Part shown: positions 1-10,449 of the stretch, in pieces
How the letters are laid out: each line of letters starts with the position of its first letter
Position numbering within the stretch: position 1 is the stretch's first letter
Source: Stegostoma tigrinum
Lineage: Eukaryota
DNA length: 64,000 bases
Assembly: GCF_030684315.1 (NCBI RefSeq)
Contig: NC_081382.1
Span: 4,000,833-4,064,832 of the forward strand
Direction of reading: 5' to 3'
Program-made: the position numbers and the translations under genes
The notes under the pieces: model-generated
Seen by the model: the letters and a program-made list of their open reading frames with translations, nothing else
Database searches by the model: none
What the model was told of the DNA's origin: nothing

Positions 1-105
1 AACAGTTTTCACTTGTTTAACAAAACTATTTGTCAAATCTCCTCTTAACCTTCTCTGTTGTAAAGTATATGCACAGATTGCGAGTTAGTCTCAAGGTGCT
101 GTTAC

Positions 106-272
106 CTGGAGGGGTATACACTGCAGGATTCAGCCAGTCCTGTTTGGTACTTTGAGCCACGTCTTCCTCAGCCTTCTCCATGGTCCAGTGCAGCATGTCA
201 TGTTTAACATCCAGCAGATTGACAAACGTGTCCAATCCAAGCAACACAAAATTACACCAATACCTTCCGAAT
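106..272 (-). CDS. Internal exon of a CHAT-domain (TTC28-like) gene: end of CHAT domain and following segment (R)FGRYWCNFVLLGLDTFVNLLDVKHDMLHWTMEKAEEDVAQSTKQDWLNPAVYTPP(G); gene continues left of the window
   Basis: Acceptor tttgtatctttgcag| and donor CAG|gtaaca on the - strand. 167 nt with an open frame in phase 2 to phase 1. Joins the 8470-8617 exon in frame (AG|A = Arg). 'W.xF.L.G.D' is the terminal CHAT motif (TTC28: WAGFMLIGSD). Confidence 0.8.
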
Positions 273-469
273 CTGCAAAGATACAAACTCTCCCTTAATC
301 CAGCAAAACAAATAATGAGAAATTACAATGATGTTAGGCAGTGACAGTGAAGTGGAGATCTGTGTGAATTAAGACCATCTCACAGGTTAGTAAGAAATTG
401 TACTCAGTTTTTAAAGTCTAAAAGTTAAAATCTGATGTCAATTAGTTGTAAAAACAATCTGGTATTGTC

Positions 470-890
470 CTCCAGGACAGGTCACCTGCTATTGACACCT
501 CATCCCGCTTCTGTGTAGTTTATATCCCAAAGGTCACCAAATTCTATCAACTTTATTCTGTGCTTGCTGACCTACACTGGCTCTCAATGAAGCAATACCA
601 CTATTTAAAAAATCTCACCCATGTCATCAATTTCCTCAATGGTTGCTTCTCTCCCCACCTCTGAAACGTTTTCTAGCCCTAAAACCTTCCCAGCTACATG
701 TACTCATCTAGTTCTGGCCTCTCGCACATGCCAGCTTTTAACTACTCCATTTGTGTGCATGCCTTCAGTAGCCTGGGTCTTACATGTTGGAAATTCTACC
801 CCAAATCTCACTTCTCCATTCTCTAGGCTCTTTCATCCATGAAATACGCCTTACAACTGAACTCTTTGTGCCAGATTTTGACATTAGGAG
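470..890 (+). mobile_element. Degenerate L2-like LINE 3' fragment
   Basis: Resembles the end of L2 ORF2 and its 3' tail (…ctacactggctc…atacgcct…ctctttg…). Heavily decayed. Confidence 0.4.
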
Positions 891-1169
891 TCAAAAGGAG
901 TGAGTGCAGAAGGAGTGACTGTGGCTGGAGAGGGCATAGACAGGAATGTGTATGGATGGAATTGAGTGCGGATGGATTGAGTGAGGATGGAGGGAACATG
1001 GATGGAATAAGTATGGATGGAGGGAATGTGGCTGGAGTGTGTCTGGGCAGGAGTGAGTGTAGATGTGAGTGAACATTGATGGAGTGATTTTCTGTCTGTA
1101 AAATTATCCACAATCTTCCAGCTGCCTGCAACTTCAAAACACCACTGGGTTCCTTGGCCAACATCTCTA

Positions 1170-1595
1170 CTGTGAGTTTGCTTCAGTGTCCTGGTGAGGC
1201 TCGGTGCAAACTGGAAGAACAGCTTCTCATTTTCTGCTTGGACTCTGCAGTCTTCAAGACTCAATATCTTATTCAATAATTTTAGAAACTGCACACCTTC
1301 TTCCATCCTTTACCCACCCTCACACACCAGGCCCTGTCAAGACATGGATTACTTTCAGCATAAGCTACCAATTCTCATCGACTCACTGTCCCCATTATCA
1401 GCTTTTCTCCTTCTCTGGCTTACCATCACACATCCCATTGTCTGTCTAACTCTCTCTTTCTGGCCTCATCTCCATCATATCTGTTTACTCCCCACTTTTT
1501 ATCTTTATCATATATACCACCTTTACCCAGCTATCATCAGTTCTGGTGAAGGGTCATTGGACCCCAAACATTAACTCTACTTTCTTTCCCCAGAC
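1170..1595 (+). mobile_element. Old Penelope-like element 3' fragment with a decayed hammerhead motif
   Basis: cagtgtcctggtgaggctcggtgcaaactggaagaacagcttctcatt resembles the GIY-YIG C-terminal region of the younger copies. It is followed by a pyrimidine tract and ctggtgaagggtcattggaccccaaac. Confidence 0.6.
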
Positions 1596-2625
1596 AGCGG
1601 GTTGTGATGGAGGGTTGTTTTTCAGACTTGGCCTGTGACCAGTGGTGTGCCACAGGGTCAATGCTGGATCCACTTCTCTACGTCATTTACATAAATGATT
1701 TGGATGTGAAGATCGGAACTATGGTTAGTAAGTTTGCAGATGACACCAAAATTAATTGAGTGGACAGTGAAGAAGACTACTTCAGAGTACAGTGGGAACA
1801 TGATCAGATAGGCAAATAGCTGAGGAGTGGGAGGTGAAATTTAATTTAGTTAAATGTGAGGTACTGCATTTTGGAAAGGCAAATCAGAGCTGGTCATATA
1901 CACTCAATGTTAAGTTCCTGGGGAGTATAGCTGAACACAGAGAGTTGGAGTACAGGTTCATGTTCCTTGAAAGTGGAGTCCCAGGTACACAGGATAGTGA
2001 AGAACGCATTTGGTATGCTTGCCTTTATAGGTCAGTGCATTGATTACAGGAGTTGGGAGATCATGTTGTGACTGTATAGGACATTGGTAATTGTGTGCAA
2101 TTTTCATTACCCTGCTGTAGGAAGGATATTGTGAAACTTGAAAAGGTTCAGAAAAAAATAAGAAGAATATCGCCAGGGTTGGAGGGTGTGAGCTACAGGG
2201 AGAGGCTGAATTTGCTGGGGCCGTTGTCCTGGAGCATTGGAGGCTGAGTTGACCTTATAGAGGTTTATAGAATCATGAGGGGTATGGATAGGGTGAATAG
2301 CCAAGGTCTTTTCGCTGGGTGGGGGAGTCCAAAACTGGAGGGCATAGGTTTAATGTGAGAGGGGAAAGATTTATAAGGGATCTAAGGGGCAACTTTTTCA
2401 ATGCAGAGGGTATGCACATATGGAATGAGCAGCTGGAGGAAGTGGTAGAGGCTAGTACAACTACAACATTTAAAAGATGTCTGGATGGGTATATGAAAGG
2501 AAGGGTTTTGAGGGATATGTGCGAAATGCTGACAAATTGGGCTAGACTAATTTAGGATGTTTAGTTGGCATGGACGAGTTGGACTTTAGAGTCTGTTTCC
2601 GTGCTGTACAGCTCTATGAGTTTAT
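1596..2625 (+). mobile_element. CR1 LINE, 3' part (RT C-terminus and tail), decayed
   Basis: Translations contain SGVPQGS, KFADDTK, KFNLVKCEVLHFGK and RGNFF…WN motifs with frameshifts. Confidence 0.9.
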
Positions 2626-2669
2626 GCAGTCAGACCTGCTGAGTTTCTCCAGCAATCTTTGATTTTGTT

Positions 2670-2980
2670 ATAAAAGCAAGGATGTTACGCTTTAGTGTAT
2701 TGCAGGGTATTGGTGAGACCACACCTCGAATACAATGTGCAGCTGAGGTCTCATTTATCAAGGAAGGATGTAAATGCATTGGAGGTAGTTAGAGGAGGTA
2801 TACTTGGAATGAGTGGGCTATCTTGTGAGGAAATATTGGACAGGCTGTGGGTGAGTCCAGAAACAGGACACACTGTTTTAAAATTAGGAGTCACTCTTTT
2901 AGGATGGATGTGAGGACAATTTCTTTCTTGCAGTGAGTTGTGCAACTTTGGAACTCTGCCTCAGAAGGAAATGGAAGCCA
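2670..2980 (+). mobile_element. CR1 LINE 3' fragment
   Basis: LVRPHLEYNVQ motif in ORF 2695-2913. Confidence 0.75.
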
Positions 2981-3795
2981 TTTCACATCCCCTTTTCTCT
3001 TTCTCCGCTATTAATAACCCTTCTATCTTTTGCATTGGGCCTGTATCTCTGTTAAGAGCATAAAAACTTTTTTCCAACATCTTTCTGTTCTGAAGAAGGA
3101 TTATACGAGACTCAAAATGTTTAGTTGTTTCTATTTCCATAGATGATGCTAGACCTGTTCAGTTTCTGCAGCATTCTCTGTGTTTGTTTCAGATTATAAC
3201 ATCCTTTGTTCATTGATTCTCAGCTGCTATTTTGTGGTGGAACATTAAGACCAATGAAAAAATTAAGTCCCTGTTTGGACAAGGTTTATGTCTCTGCTGA
3301 AGAGAAAGCAAGGAATAGCCTTGGCATCTCCTTCCTTGCCAAACAATGAGATAGCCTGAACTGTCCTCAGAACTGAGCAACTGGACACTGAAGAAAGTTT
3401 GGGCATTCTCTTAAACATTTGGGTAAAGCTTAAATGAAAGATTACTTCTCGAATGCCTAAGAAGCTTAGTTGGACTATGATGAGTTGAGAAAAAGGATGG
3501 TTCTTCCTTGGAAGAATACGTCATAATGTCAGCTTTTCTTCGAAATTCACTCATGGATGTGGGCATCACTAGCTAGCCAGCATTTATTTCCGGTCCTTAG
3601 TTGTCCATGAGAAAGTGGTGGTGATCTGCCTTCTTAAATTGCTGCATTCAATGAGCTGGGTAGTTGACCTCAATGCCCTTAGGCATAGAATTCCAGGATT
3701 TTCACCCAGTGACAGTGAAGGAACGGTAATATACTTCCAAGTCAGGATTGTGAGTGGCTTGGAGGGGAACTTGAAGGTGGTGGTGTTCCCATATA

Positions 3796-4072
3796 CAGGT
3801 GGTTCTGCTGTAATGCTTGTTTCATTAATGCGAATTGGCTGTAACATGATTGCTGAATAGTGGACTCACCCAGAACCTGTTCTATATTTCCTCACAATAC
3901 AACCCACTCATTCCAAGTATCAATCCAGTTTGGATAACACAAACTTTCTGCTGTGTGGATATAGCGATATTCTACAGCAATTTCCCTATAACATGATTTT
4001 CTACGGCAAGTTTCTAAAGTGTGATTTTCTATAGTGTGAGATCACATAAGAACGCAATAGGAGAACTACCTG
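3796..4072. mobile_element. Non-autonomous Tc1/mariner-superfamily (pogo/Tigger-like) MITE, 277 bp
   Basis: Terminal inverted repeats CAGGTGGTTCTGCT … AGGAGAACTACCTG flanked by TA at 3794-3795 and 4073-4074. Removing it rejoins the host LINE (gtgttcccata|tctgctgcccttgtcc). Confidence 0.75.
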
Positions 4073-4589
4073 TATCTGCTGCCCTTGTCCTTCTAGATGG
4101 AAGTGGTTGTGGGTTTGGGAAGAGGGTGTCTAAGAATCTACGGTGAAATTCTGCAAAGCATCTTGCAGGTAGTATACACTGCTGCAACTGACCACTGACG
4201 GTGGAGGGAGCGGGTGCTTGTGGATGTAGTGCCAATCAAGCGGGCTGCTTTGTCCTGGATGGTGTTAAGCTTCTTAATTGTTGTTGGGGCTGCACCCTCC
4301 AGGCAAGTGGGGAGTATTCCATCACACTCCTGACTTGTGCCGTGTAGATGGCAGGTAGGCTTTGGGGTGTCAGGAGGTGAGTTACTCGCTGCAGTATTCC
4401 CAGCCTCTGAACTGCTCTCATAGCCACTGTGTTTACGTGATAAGTTCAGTTGAGTTTCTGGTCAATGGTAACTTCAAAGATATTGATAGTTGTGGATTCA
4501 ATGATAAGAATACCATTGAATGTCAATGGATAGCGATTAGATTATTTCTTATTGGAGATGGTCATAGCCAGCCATTTGAATGGGGCAAA

Positions 4590-4965
4590 GGGTTGGCACG
4601 GTGGCTCAGTGGTTAGCACTGCTGTCTCATAACACTGGGGACCCAGGTTCGATTCCAGGTCATAGACTTCATTCACAAGTGACTCTTTGTGTGGAGTTTG
4701 CATGGTCTTCCCTCCTCTGCACGGGTTCCCTCCGGGTGCTCCGGTTTCCTCCCACAGTCCAAAAATGTGTAGGTTAGATGAGTTGGCCATGCTAAATTGC
4801 TCATAGTGTCCAGAGATGTGCAGCCTAGGTGGATTAGTCATGGGAAATGCAGGGTTACAGGGACAGGGTAGGGAGGCAGCTCTGGGTGGGATGCTCTTCA
4901 GAGGGTCATTGTGGATTTGATGGGCTCAATTGCCTGCTTTCACACTGTAGCAATTCTATAATTCA
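4590..4965 (+). mobile_element. HE1-type tRNA-derived V-SINE
   Basis: A/B-box head ggcacggtggctcagtggttagcactgctg…ggttcgattcc, V-domain gtgtggagtttgca…ccggtttcctcccacagtcc, CR1-like tail. Confidence 0.9.
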
Positions 4966-5734
4966 ATGAATGTTACTAGCTACTTGTCAGCCCAAAACTG
5001 GATATTATCCACATCTTGTTAGATTTGAACATGGACAGGTTCAGTATCTGAGGAATCACAAATGGTGTTGAACATTGGTGAACAACCTCACTTCCGACCT
5101 TGTGCTGAAAGGATGGTTATTGATGAAGAAGTAGCTGAAGAGGTTTGGTCTAGGACATTACCCTGAGGAATGCCTGCAGAGATGTCCTGGAACTGAGATG
5201 AGTGACCTCCAACAACTACAACCATCTTCCTATGTGTCAGGTATGATTCTAAACAGCAAAGAGTTTGCCCCCAATACCCATTTGTACCACTTTTGTTAAG
5301 GCTCCTTGTGCCACACTTGGGTGAATATGGCCTTGGTGTCAAGAGCTGTCACCCTCATCTTACCCCTGGAATTCAGCTCCGTTGTCCATGTTTGAACCAA
5401 GGCTGTCATGAGGTCAGGAGTTGGCTGATCTGGCAGAACCCAAACTTGGCATCACTGAGCAGGTTATTGCTGAGCAGGTGCTGCTGGATAGCTCTGTTGT
5501 TGATGGTTTCCATCATTTTACTGATGATCGAGAGTATACTGATAGAGTGGTAATTGACTGAATTGGATTTGTCCTGCTTTCTGTGTGCAGGAGATATCTG
5601 GGGAATTTTCTGCATTGTCAGGTAAATGCCAGTCCTATAGCTGTACTGGAACAGCTTAGCAAGGGGACAGCAAGTTCTATCATTGCCAGAATGTTGTCAG
5701 AGTCCAGTGCCTCCAAACATTCATTGATATCTTT

Positions 5735-7655
5735 GAAATTGCAGTGATTCCAGCTGGAAATGTCTACACCCGTACTTGCCTTCCAAGTATTGGACTGCAC
5801 AAGAATATCAAACAGAGACAGGCCCTTGATCTTAACCAGAATCTGATTGATGTGCTTTTAGATCAGATGTCAGAATCTTCAATATAATTTCTTTCGGCAA
5901 AGCATTCATTTTTGTCCATCTTCATGAGCTCATCGATAGTGACACCAAAAATGGAGAATACAATGCTAGGAGCATTTCAAAGTATGGGGCCGAAATGGCA
6001 GTACAAGGGAAAATTCACACATGAGAAGAATGACAATAGGGTGGCTATGATGGGCAGTTGTAGTGGAAGGGTGTACCACAGGAATAACTATGGGATGGTT
6101 AACAGATGTTCCAGATGTCACTCAAAGTATGCATTCAATTGCCCAATAACTGATACTTTAACATTGAAGGAGAGGAGGAGTCCCAACTGTTTGATTTATG
6201 GTACTGTGGAGTCCGTGGACCATGTGTATTTTGGGTGTGGGCATTTGCATTCCTTTTTTTAGTTACCTGAAGGACCTTCTCCTCTGCATTTGGTTGCACT
6301 TCAGCCCTACGCTCCTGATCTTTGGGCACCCAGTGTGGACGGGTGTGGGGAGGTCAGACGATCTCCTTGTGGGCCATGCTCCTGGGCCTGGCCAGCCTGG
6401 CTATAAGTACATTCAGGCAGCGGGCTACGGCTAACTGCCTGCCCCTTTTCTCCAGTTATGTTCCAGCCCATACTCTCAATGCCTTTAGAGAGAGGTGGGC
6501 ACCACGGAGGCTGAAGTGCTTTATTTCCCCTCCAACTTTATTTTGATTTGAATTTCTACCTTCCCTCTTCACTTTGTTATTATCATTAAAATTATTTTGC
6601 ACATGATGTTTTTAAGAAAAAAAGTGGAAGGAGAGGAGGATAATACTGACCAATTAGAAGGAACTGTATTAGTCACTAGAGATTTAGTCCAGTCACGAGC
6701 ACACTGGTTGGAGATGCATTCAGTGGTGCTATGGTAGACTGTTGGTATATGTTATCGATATGTGATTTGGACTTGTTAAAGTGTTACATTGATTTTCTAA
6801 GAGTGAATCAAGGACAAAGAATATGACAGCTCTATTTGATTCAGGTTGAATCTCGTTAGCACATTGAAATCTCTAAAATTAGTAGCAACTGTGTGTAGAA
6901 TAGCAGGGGAATATATCACTTTGTATGCAGTGACGTAGTATCCAGTGAAACAAGTGAGTCCTTGTTCAAAAAAGCCTAAATGGAGTTAGATATGAGGCAT
7001 GACAAATTGATTGTCTTTGGGAAATCTGTAGATTTGCAATTTACACAATCAGGACATTATCGTATACACTTATACAAGGCAGAATGTTAGAGGCATAAAA
7101 GGCACCCTTGCATAGGGATCTAAAGGAAAAGAAGCAGATTATTTCAAAGCTACATCCAAGAGTTTGCACATCTACCTTGTTATAACAGGTCTATCATGAT
7201 AGCTTCATTAAAGATCCTCACCAATAATGTTCTCTTTTATTTTTATGAAATTAATATCTTTCACAAACTAAAGGATACAAGAATACTGCACTGATCTTAT
7301 CAAAGATATTAATAGAAAATGAGGCATTTCTGAAAAAAAGGAGAAAGTCATTGAGATCTCTGCCAAGTGTTGCATTGGTGACGGACTTTAATGAAACCTC
7401 AGTTGTGGATGAAGACTTCCTTTTACATACAGACTAGACTTGGCCTGTCAATTGTAACTTATAGTAAATAGAGAAAATAATAATCAACAAGATGATGGCA
7501 AGATCGATAAGAATGAGGTTGGGAGCGCTAGCCAGATTCTAATGCACTGTGGAGGAGAATAAACCGATGAGAATTTTAGGAGTATGTGTGAGAATCTGAA
7601 TATTGCTGAAATGTGCATAGTGACAGGAAGTTCTTTAGAATAGAATTTATGACAA
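5735..7655 (+). mobile_element. Fossil Ty1/copia (GalEa-like) LTR retrotransposon: gag, protease, integrase; RT and LTRs not seen
   Basis: Decayed frames in copia order: gag PVLAFQVLDCTRISNRDRPLILT and RCSRCHSKYAFNCP knuckle; protease LVGDAFSGAMVDCWY…CYIDFL and VFGKSVDLQFTQSGHY; integrase KLH…FAH, DFNET, CGGE*TDENFRSMCENLNI. Confidence 0.7.
6150..6610 (+). mobile_element. Tx1/L1-like LINE 3' end inserted in the copia fossil
   Basis: C-terminal zinc-finger-like ESVDHVYFGC, then LLLCIWLHFSPTLLIFG and LLGLASLAI…FRERW, followed by a T-rich tail. Confidence 0.65.
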
Positions 7656-7659
7656 TCCT

Positions 7660-7895
7660 GTATCAATATCACCCCTTTCTTTTTCCTCAACTCCTCCTGC
7701 ACAGTCCAGCTGCCCATGATGCCCCAAACATGGCCTTGACTGCACTCCCCTGAGGAACCAAGACTGTCATCAGTTTCCAGGATGGAAAACTGATTTGTGA
7801 AAGGGATGCTGGGGAACTCCTGCACAGCCTGCCTGTTTCTATTGGTCAGCCTCGTGGCCACCCATTCCCTTTCTTCTTCCAGGAACCTAGGCTGT
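7660..7895 (-). mobile_element. CR1 ORF1 fragment
   Basis: QAVQEFPSIPFTNQFSILET…SGECSQ resembles the CR1 ORF1 segment preceding the esterase-like domain. Confidence 0.55.
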
Positions 7896-8469
7896 GGTAT
7901 ATATACTAAGGACGTGCTGAAGGGCTCTTGTGCTGCAGTGGTGGTGACCCTACATCTGGACCAGGAGGCCTGGGTTCACGGTCCACTAATCCAGAGGTGT
8001 GCATCAACATCTCTGAACAGGTTGATTAGAAAATATCAACCGAGATGTGTTAAAGTGTCCTATGGCACCATAGTAGTTTCCCAACCTGTGTGTTGGGCAG
8101 GGTTGTATGTGAATGTTTTGAATGCAGATGGTAGGTTTGCAGAAAGCAATAAACAGTCTCATTAAACTATTTTTGTCTCTGTGTATGCTCCTCAAATAGG
8201 TTTTGAAGTCTAATGATGATTGTGTTTCAGGAGCAATGAAAATGACAGCACCTGTGCACTCTACAGGCACATGCTGAGTTGGGGTTTCTGAATTGAAAGA
8301 CTACTTCTTAAAGCTATGCCCCTTTCCAAGTGTGTCTGTGAAAAGGGAAATCCTGAGCTATGGTCAGGCTTGGACCTCCTGAAATTCCAGGCAGCGTTCA
8401 GGAGCTGGTTTAAGACTGAACCCTGTGACGGTCCTTTCTACTCAGTAACCCGAAGCAGCTGTATTTTAC

Positions 8470-8617
8470 CTGGTGTCATTCTGCATCTGGTACTTTGCAT
8501 ATTCCATGGCACCACTGATGTAAGAGCCACTCCACAGAGCAATGTAGAAGTGATGATAGAAGGTAAGCAAGGCCTGCACAGGAACTGGTTTAATCTGTAT
8601 CAGCACAGAAGTAGCTC
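8470..8617 (-). CDS. Internal exon of a CHAT-domain (TTC28-like) gene: (G)ATSVLIQIKPVPVQALLTFYHHFYIALWSGSYISGAMEYAKYQMQNDT(R)
   Basis: Acceptor ctctctcatctttcaacag| and donor CAG|gtaaaa; 148 nt, phase 1 to phase 2. Aligns by eye with TTC28 CHAT GAQCVLVSLWPVPVAASKMFIHAFYSSLLNG…AL. Confidence 0.8.
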
Positions 8618-9071
8618 CTGTTGAAAGATGAGAGAGAGATTTAGTATGAAAGAGCTGATGCTTCCTGTTCACACTGGGAGACTTGTACCTCTAGCAGGTG
8701 CTTCCAGCCCTATCCTGTAATCTACTCTGCACTTTGATTAACCCGTCCCTTGTTTCCTCATAGATAAAAGAGATGGTAGCATGGTGGTACAGTAATGAAC
8801 TAGTAACCAAGAGGACTTGAATAATGAACTGGAGATAATTCAAATCCCATCACACATCAGATCGGGTCATTTAAATTTGATTCATAAATCTGGAATGAAA
8901 TGCTCATTAATAATAAAGACATTGCTGGATTGTTTTTAAAAAGCTATCTGGTTAACTGATGTCCTTGAAAAAGGGAAATCTGGCATCCTTTCCTGATCTG
9001 GCTTACGTGTGAGTCCAGCCCCACAGCAATGTGGCTGATTCTTACTTGTCCTCAGCAAGCCATTTAGTTGA

Positions 9072-9270
9072 GATAACAAGGTGTGGAGCTGGATGAACAC
9101 AGCAGGCCAAGCAGCATCATAGGAGCAGGAAGGCTGACCCTCTGAAGAAGGGTCTAGGCCCGAAATGTCAGCCTTCCTGCTCCTAAGATGCTGTTTGGCC
9201 TGCTGTGTTCATCCAGCTCCACACCTTGTTATCTCAGATTCTCCAGCATCTGCAGTTCCTGCTGTCTCTG
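9072..9270. mobile_element. Palindromic Penelope-derived mini-element with hammerhead motif; 15-bp TSD
   Basis: Two inverted partial copies. TSD aagccatttagttga at 9057-9071 and 9271-9285. Confidence 0.85.
9142..9169 (+). ncRNA. Minimal hammerhead ribozyme motif
   Basis: CTGAAGA-A-GGGT/CTAG/GCCC-GAAA-TG-TC. Confidence 0.55.
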
Positions 9271-10449
9271 AAGCCATTTAGTTGAACATGGTTTGCCATC
9301 TAATGACAAAGGGATATTAGAGATGGAGAAATGCTGCCCTCGCCAATGATATTCAAAATCTGAGAATGAATGACAAAATAGTTAATTGAGTAATGCATCA
9401 TATACACCCATCCTCAGCCTCGGTAGTTAGGCCGGTTATCAGAGTGGAGGCCGTCCCCTAGAAATCTCCACTTCAGCCCCATGGAGGGGGAACCTTGTCC
9501 TCCCTTGTCCTGTGGACAGGTCACTGACAGACTCCAATGGGTATTGGCAGTGACTTCACTCACAGTGCAGTCCCAGAGCTCCCACTTCAAGGGACAGGTT
9601 GCAATAAAGGTGAAGATCTTGATGGAATCCTTGAAGCTATCACAGGCCTCGGGTTTAAACTGTACCTGGAATTGAGTAATATCCATGTGCTGCCTAGAAC
9701 AACACTGCATCGGTGCTCTGGGGTCCTGGTAGAGAGATGTTATGTCTGAGGTATGTTCCCAGCAGATGGTACTACTGGGTAGATCAGGTCCCTGAATGAA
9801 ATCTGGCTGAACAGACCATTTGTTACAGTCACTCAGCATGGTGGTCATTCACTAGGAAATATTAATACTAGGCTGCAGATTCTCCTTAACAACAAAACAG
9901 ACCTGTATCACTAAAAGAACAATAAAGTAAAAACCCAAGCTACGTAATTAAAAGCGGAGAATGACCGTAAAGCAGACAGTAAAACAAAGTCTCAGCCTGG
10001 TTCCGATACTTTCCATTACACAGGCTCAAGTCCAGAGAAATTAGGCCTGATTTCAATCCCTTAAGATCTTTAACTGTCTCCTTACAGTTTCATTGTTGTG
10101 GCCTGTAGAGATCTTTTGATGAGTCCTTTATACATTTGTCGACATGAATCTTTTCATCAATCTGACAGCAACTGCAGCTTTCTAATGAAATTCTCCTGGT
10201 TTGGAAGCTTCACAAACTAAACCCTTCAGCTGAGGTGACTTATATCCTGAATAGCCCTGAATTCTATACAGAAGAGAAACTAGTCTTGCTTCGAAACATG
10301 ATCCCGGCGCCTTCTCAACTGAATTTGAAAATAAAATTGTTCTAACTTCTTCTGAACTGAAAACAAAGTTAATGTCCCGCATGAGTAACCTACCCGTTAT
10401 TAACACAAAAACATAAACATCTTTATGTTGACAACACAGGTCTGCAATC

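Larger units (their letters stand above)
3540..5735 (-). mobile_element. CR1/L2-group LINE 3' half, decayed, interrupted by a MITE and an HE1 SINE
   Basis: - strand fragments NYHSISILSIISKMMET…, SAGIPQGNVL and QRLGILQRVTHLLTPQSLPAIYTAQVRSVMEYSPLAW. Confidence 0.8.

Noticed and set aside
884-1306. 140-aa - strand ORF close to the CHAT exon
   Set aside because: It is the antisense reading of a Penelope fragment plus a GGAT/GAGT low-complexity tract, with no CHAT motifs.
4590-4665. tRNA-like A/B boxes here and at other HE1 copies
   Set aside because: They are SINE heads followed by V-domain and CR1-like tail, not tRNA genes.
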